DNA of 63,280 nucleotides, filler included, from Choristocarpus tenellus KU-1152 (taxonomy: Eukaryota; Protista; Phaeophyceae): the NCBI GenBank assembly GCA_964200185.2. It is 7 parts of 7 records of this genome, joined end to end, with 100 filler letters (N's around TTAATTAATTAA, not from the genome) between each part and the next. Parts side by side here need not be neighbours in the genome. Positions count along the whole stretch, not along the records: positions 53,106 to 58,011 come from CAXNAD020012581.1; positions 58,112 to 63,280 come from CAXNAD020011634.1; 5 more parts are not named here. The stretch is one strand, 5' to 3'. The notes under the pieces are model-generated. The model saw nothing but the letters and a program-made list of their open reading frames with translations. It had not been told where the DNA came from and did no database searches. Each line of letters begins with the position of its first letter. The stretch's first letter is position 1. A program made the translations under genes and the position numbers. Positions 53,006-63,280 of the stretch are shown here, one piece after another.

Positions 53006-53105
53006 NNNNNNNNNNNNNNNNNNNNNNNNNNNNNNNNNNNNNNNNNNNNTTAATTAATTAANNNNNNNNNNNNNNNNNNNNNNNNNNNNNNNNNNNNNNN
53101 NNNNN
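53006..53105. other. Artificial gap linker
   Basis: 44N-TTAATTAATTAA-44N. Confidence 0.97.
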
Positions 53106-53160
53106 CACTTTCCCACTGTCTTGTTGGCGCTTGATTGCTCCGGGGGGGTGTCTGGGGTAT

Positions 53161-53346
53161 GACCCAAAGTATCTGGGAGGTGGGGGGGGGGGCTACACTA
53201 GGGTGTCCATTTGGGTAAAATCAGGAAAAGCGAGAAGTGCATTTGCAGTAACCATCCGACGTATGCAACCAAATCACCCAAAAATCGCGACATGAAAAAT
53301 TGGCCCCAAATGGACAGCCGCCACCCCCTCCCAGATACTTTGGGTC
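53161..53346. mobile_element. MITE family B
   Basis: Perfect 20-bp TIR GACCCAAAGTATCTGGGAGG, flanks GTAT/GTGT. Confidence 0.9.
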
Positions 53347-53457
53347 GTGTGTCTTCAGCAAAAGAGTGTGCGGCCATCTGGTGGCGTTCTATGAATTGTA
53401 AATGGGCTCGGGAACCTAACCTGTCACTGACTCCTTCTTGCATGGTTGTTTTCTCAG

Positions 53458-56400
53458 GGTGGATTGCCAGCGCAAGCGTATTACACCAACAAAAATCAAC
53501 ATATACGCCCAGTATATTAACCGAGTGCGCTCATGCATCCACCTGGTGATCTGTATGAGTCCCATTGGCTCAGCTTTCAGGGATCGGCTGCGGATGTTCC
53601 CCTCACTTGTCAATTGCTGTACAATTGGTGAGAAGAGGCATGAACATGCCTGATGTAGTCACAAGGCACACCCTTCCCTGAACTCTTACTCACAAATCTA
53701 GATGTCCACTTTCAGTCAGGCTATTCCAACACAAAAATGAGGTGGATGAATATGAAAGGCAATTTTGGAAGTTTGTGCTCCACTCTGTTAACTTCAATCT
53801 GATCTTGAGTGAGAATTAGTATTTAGTTCCAAAGTAGGTGAAAATATGTGTATAGCACTCATCCGCTCTCAGTTACTCTGTCCTGCAGTTAACATCCTGA
53901 CAAGCTTTGCTCAAATACTATGCGTCTCCTATTGCTTGTACTGCACTGGCAGACTGGTTCACAGAGTGGCCTGCAGAGGCCCTCAAGGGAGTCGCGATGG
54001 CAATGATGACTGAGACTGATCTTGAGCTAGGCGATTCTCTTGAAGGAATCGTTGAGATGTTCAGGTGAATATGTTCCTCACACTTTTGTCTTAGGAGTGA
54101 ACAAAAGGTTTTGCGGCTATAGTTCCAAGGTCATATCTTCATGAAAATATTTCAGGGACCCTTTCGTCACAGGCAAGCAAATTACATCAAGCACCAGTTT
54201 TGCATTGAAAACAAGAACTTGTAAATGGACTTTGTGGTCAAAATTGCTACAATTAACCCTTGGAAGAGAAGATCCAGTTCATTGATGAACTTTGCTCCCT
54301 ACTGAAGATATTGATTACTTTGCATCTCTCCCTCTTACACGGAGATCAGCAATCTTAGAGGAACATTTTTTCCCTTCATCGAAAATCTCTAGGATCTAAC
54401 AAATCATTCTACTGCGGTTTGCATCATGTTATTGTTGTCACGTACCTGAGCAAATAGAGTACAACATGACTCTGAAAATGTTTTCATACCACGACAAACC
54501 TCAAATTTCGTTCCTTGGAGCTTTATCACAGATCAAGTCTTCCCCCCCCCAAAAAAAACCCATCAGGGTAGTCCATCAGTCCGTTGAGAGCGTGGGACAC
54601 AAGTACTACGATGTTCTGAGGCGAAGGGTGTGGGTGACACCAATGAGCTACCTCGAATTGCTAGGTTCTTTCAAGCGCCAGCTTGGCTTTAAGAGAAATG
54701 ATGTCGGACGAAATCGCTCTCGACTGCAGGTTGAGAAGGGTTGACCTGGAACTAGTGATGTGGCCAAATGCAATTCCAATCAGTGTTATTATTGGGAAAG
54801 TTGAGCTTGCACACCCCGATGTTCCATTGAGTATGCCAATTTCGGACATAGATAGAACAGGCACCAGATATGAGCTAGAATATCTTAGAGGAGAGCCAAA
54901 GTAAACGAGAGGTACCCAGGTGTTGGCTGTTTTGGAATTTAAGTCAGTACTTCTATCTTTCGAAATTCACCCTTATTTCTATTAATGAAGTCCTAAGTTT
55001 GACTTGAGAACGCTGATTTTTCTATTGTTTGAAAATTTGGACACAATTCAGAAAATATCCCATTCACACTTGTAAAAATAGACCAATTCTGGTGCATATT
55101 TTTCGTCATCCAAAAAATGCTACTCTGGGTACTCTCATTTTTCTTTGACTCAGAATAACAAAAAATCTGTAATAGATCAAAATCAAATTATAATGTAAAC
55201 AATGTGGAGTTGTTTGTTAAGCTAAGAAGAAAGGGACCTGACTAAGTGTGTGTGTTTCAACATCAATGTAGACAAAAATATGTGTATCATGGATCTAGTG
55301 TCATAGTAGTGGTTACTGTGACTACTCCAAAGAGCTGCTGATACGAAGTACAAGTATCATTTCAAAACACAGGGAGAGCAGACTTTGTAAGAAATAAAAT
55401 GCCGTTCTCTGTAGTAGTGACGTTGAGTTCGTCAGACCTATTATATGTTTGGAGAGTGTCCACTCTTGTCCGTCAATACCTTCTCTGCACAAACTTGAAG
55501 CACTAGTGATACCCACCAGTATCTTTCAATTTCATATCATTCCCACTGTTTACTCAGGTGTGTCCATTTGTACACGAGTCTATCCCCACCATTTACATCA
55601 ATCTTGTGTTCTTGGTAGTGCAGGTTGGTCTGGACAAGCTCAGCAGCACCAAGGAAGTGGTTGCAACATTGCAAGAGGAGCTGACTGTTCTGCAACCACA
55701 GTTGGTCAAGACTATGAAAGAGGCAAAGTTCTAATCAAGAGTAAAAGCAAGGGCTATTTTATGGACAGACTTGAAATGAAGATCTATTTCTTGATGCTTC
55801 ATATTGAGATAGGGAAAGTATGGGCGGCGGGGCAGGAGTAGAAATAAAAAGGAATCAAATGTTGAAGGAACAGATACAAGTCTTCATCGTCATATAGCAT
55901 TTTAGGACTGTTGCAGACTTGTTTTGCTCAAGTATTAGCCCCCCACACAAAACTCCAAAAATTCTGAGTACTTCTTCACACTCAACGTGTGCTCATCTTC
56001 CATGCATATGCATGCGGGGCCTGGTGCCTTCTGTTCTCAAAGGTGGAGGACATGATGGTTCAAATCAATGTTGACAAAGAGGAAGCCGAAGCGGTTCGTG
56101 TGAAGGTTGAAGGAGAAGAGGCCAAGGCCAACGACAAGGCAAGTCAACAGCCATCCCATTCGTATGTTTTCCTTTCTCCCTGACCCTGATAGCTTCTTCA
56201 AATTCTTCATGCTCATATTTTATTGTGAATATTTCGCACTAGGTGACCTTGGGGGGATGATGTCTGGTTCCAGCCCCTTGATTTTCCATAGAACCTTAAC
56301 CTGGACTTATTTAAAGTAGCCAACACCAGGCATCCAGATCTCAGTAGATATGTCGCAAAGATAAAAAAAGTCTTGTCTAGTCCCCCTCTTGAACAATTGA

Positions 56401-57758
56401 GAGAAATAGTTATAACCAGAATTGTGATCACTAACACAATATGTCAATTTGCATTCATTCAATGCAGTCGGATGGAAACATTTAGTGCCTAGACCACAAC
56501 TTCAATGTTGTGGATAGATCTAGCGTGACTCCCAATACCCAAGAGGAATTGGAAGGCAACATAACGTGACGGCCCAGAATCTCAGAGCTGATGCTATAGT
56601 ATAGTGTAGGGTGCGGAGAGTGTAGGCAAAGTCATCCCAATAAGTGCATGATCAACGGATCGTGATGAGATATGGAGAAGTCGAGTGACGATCAGAAAAA
56701 ATAGTAAATTATATTTTCCTCTCAACCAATACTGCACCCAGGATCCATGATATAGTTTGTTGTATTGAATGGTCCCGGCCCTGCCCCCTTCATGCTGCAA
56801 TGACTTCAGGCTGCAGCAACCAAGGCTATTGCTGATGACGCCCAGCGTGATCTGGATGAGGCACTCCCAGCGCTTGATGCGGCTGTGGCATGTCTAAATT
56901 CACTCAAGAAGTCTGACATTGATGAGGTATAGACATAGAAAGGACGTACCTTGGGTGGGAGAATGTCCCAGACGAGGGTTCAAGAAATGATCTATAGGTG
57001 GATTTGGGACTAGATTTTGAACTGTGTTTGAGTTCAGGTTCAACTTTGCAACGACTTCGTGCCGTGTTTCATTGCCGGGTCTAACCCATACAATAGGTTG
57101 ACTCCAATTCCATATTATCTTGAGTAGCTTTGCTTAATTCTATTATAATATTTTTTTGGACGTTTCAGGGTTTTGATACATACGCCCATGAACATTTCTT
57201 GGTGATATTGCGAAAGAGGGGGGAAAAATGTATCCTGGTTTTGTCTGTTTTCCATGTTAAGGTTTATTTTTCAATATTTTCCGATTCACCCATTTATCTA
57301 TGAATACAATTCTAAGTTTGACATTAGAGTGTTTTTTTCTCTATTGTTGAAAATTTTCTGATGCTGTTCAGGAGGTTTGTCGCGCACGTTTAGCAAAAAA
57401 GCCACTATTTTAAAAAAAATTATTTGTCAGCATTTATAAAATGCAATTCTGGGTACTTCTCATTTACTTTGACTCAAACATAACGCAGTTGCCCCAGTCT
57501 AATCTGAGTCCAACCATTTTGCTTGTCTTCATACCTGATAAGATGGGTGTTACTTCACTAGGTATAGAGGTGCACAAAAAACACTTGATGTGCTCCTGAA
57601 GTTAAATTCATGGACAAGTAACTTTCTTCCTCAACATTGAAATACAGGTGAAGAGCCTGAAAACTCCTCCAAAGGGAGTTAAGCTTACAATGGAAGTGTG
57701 TTGCCTAATGTTTGATGTGAAACCGATCAAGGTCAAGGACCCAGATAGTGGCAAAAAG
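53458..57758 (+). CDS. Axonemal inner-arm dynein heavy chain (DNAH1-like), internal fragment covering the end of AAA4, the stalk and the MTBD. Exons: 53458-53627, 53953-54064, 54567-54729, 55624-55722, 56043-56138, 56810-56926, 57648-57758
   Basis: [41 protein letters not shown]; [10 protein letters not shown]; GLDKL..LQPQL; [12 protein letters not shown]; [18 protein letters not shown]. Exon phases are consistent. Confidence 0.93.
54893..55151. mobile_element. MITE family C in a dynein intron
   Basis: GAGCCAAAGTAAACGAGAGGTACCCAG...CTGGGTACTCTCATTTTTCTTTGACTC, flanks AGGA/AGAA. Confidence 0.85.
57230..57475. mobile_element. MITE family C, left TIR degraded
   Basis: Interior homologous to 54893-55151; ends CTGGGTACTTCTCATTTACTTTGACTC. 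Confidence 0.7.
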
Positions 57759-57821
57759 GTTGGTGAACCAAAAGAAAAAATAACTCTGAAAGAAGTGGAC
57801 TTGGAAGGGTTGAGGACAAGT

Positions 57822-58004
57822 GACCTAAAGTATCTGGGGAGGGGGGCGGGGGTCTAAGCCCTGGTGTCCATTTGGGCCAAGATCAGGGAAAGTCCATTTA
57901 CATTATCCATCCGACTTACGCAACCAAATCACCCAAAAATCGCGACACGAAAAAATTGACCCCTAATGGACAGCCGCCACCCCCCCCCTCAGATACTTTG
58001 AACC
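57822..58004. mobile_element. MITE family B in a dynein intron
   Basis: GACCTAAAGTATCTGGGG...CAGATACTTTGAACC, with a perfect TSD AAGT. Confidence 0.9.
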
Positions 58005-58011
58005 AAGTACA

Positions 58012-58111
58012 NNNNNNNNNNNNNNNNNNNNNNNNNNNNNNNNNNNNNNNNNNNNTTAATTAATTAANNNNNNNNNNNNNNNNNNNNNNNNNNNNNNNNN
58101 NNNNNNNNNNN
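58012..58111. other. Artificial gap linker
   Basis: 44N-TTAATTAATTAA-44N. Confidence 0.97.
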
Positions 58112-58742
58112 CCTTTGAGTTCTGCTAGGACAAAGCACATTGATGTACGGCATCATTTCTTAAGGGACTTGATAGCAAACGGACAAATAAGGATTGTTCA
58201 TGTTAGCTCAGATCAGCAACACGCAGATATTCTGACCAAGTCTTTAGCAGAAATATCTTTTTGAGGCATGCGGGGGCTTTGCTAAATTTAGACTATGTTT
58301 ATTAGTGTTTTGTTTCTTGCTGAATTTGAGTGTGTTTGTTTGGATTTATTTATTTTCAGTGAGTTCAATAAGATGGTTGTTTTCTTGTATTGCAGGATTG
58401 ACCTGAGGAGTCTCCTTGGATCCATAATGTTTTTCTTGGAAGTTCTCAAGAAGAGTTGTTTAAGCTAGGGAGGGTGTTCCATAAGCCTCTTCCCAACTCT
58501 ATTGTACAGTTACGGTAAAATATGTATGGAGTAACGGAACAATCAATTAGTGGTTGAGTTATCAGAACCTTTTACTTGTGATTAGTTGAAGGAGAATGTT
58601 TTTCATATCAAAGAAAATATTTCTGATTTTATGGGGCCTTGCATGCCCCGCATAAATTTAATCAATCGCTCTACAGATACCAAGAAATCTCGCCGGGTTG
58701 ATCACCTTTATCCTCTTAGATGATTTTGGGGGTACTTTAACA
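58112..58742 (+). mobile_element. 3' end of a Ty1/Copia retrotransposon: RNase H C-terminus, PPT and 3' LTR (58475-58742)
   Basis: SARTKHIDVRHHFLRDLIANGQIRIVHVSSDQQHADILTKSL, then PPT AGGGAGGG and TGTT...AACA. A second copy at 63217+ confirms the LTR end. Confidence 0.85.
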
Positions 58743-61437
58743 CTTGACCCCCCCGACTCTTAGGAAGGAAATGTTGGTGCAAACACCCTTGGGATCCAGG
58801 AAGAAGACCATTCCGAAGACATTCTTAAGTGCGAACACTTCGATATGGTCCAGGTGGACTAAGGCGCAGTAGATTGTCACCAACGTGTACATCATCCCCC
58901 CTCTGGCTGACGTGAATATGAAAGTAGATGTTGCTTAAGCTCCTGCTGTATTGCATTTCACGCTTTCGTAGGTTACATACCTGAAATCCATAATCACAAC
59001 GCTCAATGGCGAATATCTAAACATACACACATCCAGCACTTTACTTACTTCTTAGTCTTGTTCCTGGAGGAAAGTTGCGGTCTGGGGAGCAGGAGACGGA
59101 CTGCCTGTAGAAGCTGTGCGACCTGTTGTGGGAGGAACAGGAGAAATCGAGGATTACTGGGAGTACCATCGACCTTGTTGGAGGGGGGGAGGACGAAGGC
59201 GAATCTCTAGCGGCGACTGAGGCTAAAGTGGTGGGGTCTGATTCAGGAGGTCCCACTTCCAGTCCTGCCAGCGCCACCCCAGAAAGGCCCAGCGACTGAC
59301 TTCCCTCTCCTGGATCAGGGGGGAGACCTTTGCCCAGGTTTGCCCTATCCCGCTCCCTCCAAAAAAAATGCCAGATAGTTGGGTCCCTCCATATCTTCTC
59401 CTGTTTGCAGTGTATGGACCCCTGTCTATTGATGTGCTCCAAGACTTTGACATGATTATGAGTGAGGGACCCCCACAAGAAGGGTCCACATCCTGTGACT
59501 TCAGCGAAGATAGGGGGTCAGTGGAGTCCTCTTCAATGCAGGGTGTGGAGGCAATGAGGAGGTTTATAGGCTAGCAGCAAACCCAGGATGGAGGAGTCGG
59601 CAGCAGTTACGGAGGGCTGCTGAGGAGGACTTGAAGTTGGAAGCAGATTCAAGGAAAAAACGTAGGATGGACGACCACATTATTAGTGCCCTCGTATCCA
59701 CAGTGGATGGTGCGTCTAGAGACTCGAGGAGACATATAGAAATCACAGAAGAAAGGGCTACTGCTACAGAAGATAGGAAGAAAAGGATGGATGATAGGCA
59801 CAAATTCGACGGAATGCTCAAGACCGCTAAGCAAGCTTGGCGGACCATTGAGAAGAGTGGCGATACTGCTCGGGCAGAGCTCTGTAGGAAACGGTATGAG
59901 GAACTAGTGGCAGTGAGGCTGGACGAGAATATTGGTGGTGCTGTGGTGATGTTGGAAAGTGGTGGGACAGTGGTGAAGGGGGGTTCAGGGGATTTGGAGC
60001 CAGATAGTGGCGAAGGGGAGGTTGACTTGGGGGCTTTGGGGACAGTCAGCAGTAGTTGGGGGATAGACTTGGGGAATCAGTGTTGTGATAACACAGCTGT
60101 CAGTGTGGTGATCAGTAGTCTTTTACAGCGGTGCCATGCACGTAGGTGTACCATCATCACACTGGACGACATTGGCAAATCGTTGTTAAAAATTGAGGTA
60201 ATTATTATTATTGGAATATATTTTTGTCTCAAGTCCTCTTATCCTGAGCTGCTGATGCATAACCAAACAAAGCTGTCAACCCTGACCTTGTATGATGACC
60301 TTGAGCAAGGTTTAAGGTAACGATGGTGATCCCAGCGCTCTTCAGAAGGTTGGTTAGGGTATAATATTTATCCACGACTCAGAACAAAGTGAGCTGCTCT
60401 TGTCGATGAGGACAATCTTTACCTAAATACATTTTCAACAGCCAGTGGCAATTAATTCTTCCTTTTGACTGTTGTTGACTCTCATTCACTCTCTATATTG
60501 TACTGACAAATGACTCTTTGTCCTGTACTACGTCTTCCTACCTCTTCTTGTATGTACTCTTTACAAAAGGAAGATACCAATTGTATCATTCACTATCACA
60601 TAAAGTGTCAATATCGCAAAATGCAAAGCACTGTTTGACAAGCATGATCCCATCATCAGGACCTCATCCAAACAACCTCTCCGTTTTCTTCCTTGTACTT
60701 GCAGTGTGCTATGAGCCTATTTCTAATCTCATGAAATCCCATCTCCCTCTCCCCTGCCTTTTTTACCTCCCTTACTAAATCTTCAAAGAAAACAAATGGG
60801 ACTCGGAACCGCCTCCTGAGCTTCAACACCACCCGCGAAGTGACTTCTCTCAGATCGTCCTCTCTCCCCAGCATAACCCCCCACGAATGTCACCATGTAA
60901 ACGGGCCGGTCTTGGGGGATGCGAAACCTGCGAAATAATGGACGTTCTTCCTCCTCATCCTCCTTATCCATCAAAGCGTAGATGAGCAATATCTCAGCTG
61001 CATTTATCCTAGATGACGCCTCCAACATAAAGGTAGATTCATGGAAAGACGATGAACTAGAAGACGACGACCTGGAAGATGATGAAGTCGAGGATGATGA
61101 ACCTGAGGACAAATGATATTCGGTCTTTCTCGCTCTATTCATCCATTTTGTTGACCTTGAACCAGATGTGGTATTGGCAATTACTCTGTAGCACCTAGTA
61201 CATTGCTACGAACAACAACAGACGGCAAATCGAAACACCAAGAATTCCGTTCAGATTTGCCTTGAAAGTTGGTCAAGGAGGGTCTCATCCACGCTCCGTT
61301 CAGTTTTGCCTCGCTCAGAAATGCCTCAAAATTGCCGTAAAATTGTCATTTGTCACGAGTTTCCGTTTCGAAATGCCCAAAAAAGGGAAAAAGCAAAAAG
61401 GAAACGGGGGTGAAAATGTGCGTATAGGAAATGGCCT
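58743..61437. mobile_element. Degenerate PIF/Harbinger-like element: accessory ORF (+, ~58760-60100) and internally deleted transposase (-, 61142-60656)
   Basis: The transposase motif LRRRFRVPFVFFEDLV is joined to C-terminal-like FHEIRNRLIAH..GEVVWMRS*. A convergent charged ORF has stops. Candidate terminus GGCCATTTCCTATACG at 61436-61437 (minus strand). Confidence 0.6.
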
Positions 61438-62088
61438 AGTACATCTGAGAACCTTTGCTTTATTCTAAGTTATAGATTTTACACTGCAAATATAGCGAAT
61501 CGGACTTCCCCATTTGGGAGGTCCGCGCGCACGCTTACTGCTCGCACTGGATTGAGCGCGAGAAGAAACACTTTCGGTACTCGCTTGTAACATGCCCCCC
61601 AGCGCGAACCAGCATCACTTGTTTCACGCTCACCACATGCGATTATTATGAATTAAGACAATAAATACCGTCTATCACCTCAATGGTGCTGCAACAGCAT
61701 TTGTTACCATTAAAAGGTTCTAAAATAATCAGACTCAAAATGGGTTTCGGTGAAAATGTGCGTATAGGAAATGGCCTAGTACATCTGAGAACCTTTGCTT
61801 TATTCTAAGTTACAGATTTTACACTGTAAATATAGCGAATCGGACTCCCCCATTTGGGAGGTCCGCGCGCAAGCTTACTGCTCGCACTGGATTGAGCACG
61901 AGAAGAAACACTTTCGGTACTCGCTTGTAACATGCCCCCCAGCGTGAACCAGCATCACTTGTTTCACGCTCACTACATGCGATTATTATGAATTAAGACA
62001 ATAAATACCGTCTATCACCTCAATGGTGCTGCAACAGCATTTGTTACCATTAAAAGGTTCTAAAATAATCAGACTCAACATGGGTTTC
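61409..62088. repeat. Tandem duplication, 2 x 340 bp
   Basis: 61409-61748 versus 61749-62088, differing by a handful of substitutions. Confidence 0.95.
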
Positions 62089-62320
62089 ACAGGGACTCAA
62101 GGTTCAAATTTTGCCAATTGTTTCCAACACAGACAGGGGGTCTCCAGTTCCGAATTAACTAGTTGCTTCCAATAATGATTGACATATCCCCCCTGTTTCT
62201 TTTGAGGATAAATCTCCAAGGGTCGCAAGAAACAGTCAGAGTCGGTTCACGTTTAACCTAATCAGATTGTGCACTTTCAAAAGAACAAGGATATCTGCTC
62301 AGACAATGACCACATCATAT

Positions 62321-63045
62321 AGTGGTACCAGTAGTTTCGCCCTCTCAGGTTGTCCCGTCATCACGTTTAATGTAGACATCAGATTAAACAAATCAAATCA
62401 TATTTGTGATGCCCGTCACAAGGCCGTCTAGAGTACGGGCTTCGTTTTTGTTTTTCGCCATAAAAAAAAAAATGACGAAAGAGCGCTCATATTGGAGATC
62501 GAATCCTGGATTGTAGGTCACCAAGAGTGGTAACAGATGCACTATTACTTGATTTAAGTATAGGGCATAGGTGGGGGAAAAGGTCTCCCCACCCTTTCTT
62601 CCTGTTGTGTGTTTGCCCACCCATTCTTTGACATCGACAAGGATGTCCTTGTCGACGCCCAGAACAAAACGCCTCTCGTAGCGCCCTTGCTCCGACACCT
62701 TGATGTGACCCTTACTTAGGAAGTCTCTCTCCCATTAATCACAGTTTCCAACCTGACCATTGCATATCCTGCTGCCATCTGGAGCGCAGTGTCATGGTCT
62801 TTCCCGTTGTTCATACAAAGGTAGAGAATTCGCAGTGTTAGAGCCTTTACTATCACATTTCCTCATTGAACGCCGGAAATGGGCGTCGTCCGTGTGTTCC
62901 TGGGCGGATGATATTTTATCAAGGCGCAAGGGCGAGGGAAGACAGGCTTGAGTTGATCGAAAATTGTGTTGATTTCTCAAATGAATGCAGGCGGGGAGAA
63001 AGTCTTAATCAACTTTATACGCCCAACCCCAAGTCGAGGATGAAG
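62321..63045 (-). mobile_element. Deleted Tc1/IS630-like element, copy 2
   Basis: Shares two blocks with 41304-41740. Carries ALQMAAGY..WERDFLSKGHIKVSEQGRYERRFVL..DILVDVKEWV, resembling the N-terminal region of fungal/protist Tc1-like transposases. Confidence 0.55.
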
Positions 63046-63216
63046 ATCACCATAATTGATGTATCCTCAGAGTAGTATAAGTATTAGTAGCAGCGGCAGC
63101 AGTAGAATTGATCGATTTTGGATTAAATACAGTAGTAAGCAGGGATGAAGAGATGCTGACCTAGAGTGTATTACCGTGTTCGTCATCTTCCTCTAAGTAA
63201 AGCTCTAGCATACTGA

Positions 63217-63280
63217 TGTTAAAGTATCCCCAAAATCATCTAAGAGGATAAAGGTGATAAACCCGGCGAGATTGCTTGGT
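63217..63280 (-). mobile_element. 3' end of a second Copia LTR copy (runs off the window)
   Basis: Its reverse complement matches 58679-58742 at 61/64 positions, ending exactly at AACA. Confidence 0.8.

Noticed and set aside
58679-63280. 64-bp inverted repeat (58679-58742 / 63217-63280) as TIRs of a 4.6-kb composite transposon
   Set aside because: The left arm is the 3' end of a Copia LTR (PPT-TGTT...AACA) and identity stops exactly at AACA, so these are two oppositely oriented LTR copies.

Overview
Eukaryotic genomic DNA, intron-rich and transposon-rich. The best guess is a flagellated stramenopile such as a brown alga or relative (inference from gene content and intron style). The window is seven contigs joined by six artificial 100-bp linkers (44N-TTAATTAATTAA-44N). 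Host genes: a complete 9-exon Eps15-like EH-domain endocytic protein (minus, 15317-24550), the 5' half of the meiotic helicase MER3/HFM1 (43551-47665), an internal 7-exon piece of an inner-arm axonemal dynein heavy chain (53458-57758) and a partial orphan coiled-coil gene (35540-40313). The rest is mobile DNA: about 23 copies of three MITE families sharing one terminal motif, LTRs, and decayed Gypsy, Copia, DD39D mariner, Tc1/IS630-like and PIF/Harbinger relics. The most notable signals are (1) the shared-terminus MITE system with 4-bp, sometimes apparently 3-bp, TSDs, (2) strong CpG depletion in a gene body against CpG-rich gene 5' ends, (3) a TRIM-like LTR-151 bp-PPT-LTR unit and (4) two consecutive GC-AG introns. 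I found no CRISPR array, rRNA, tRNA or prokaryotic system. All alignments and counts were done by eye and no database search was run.
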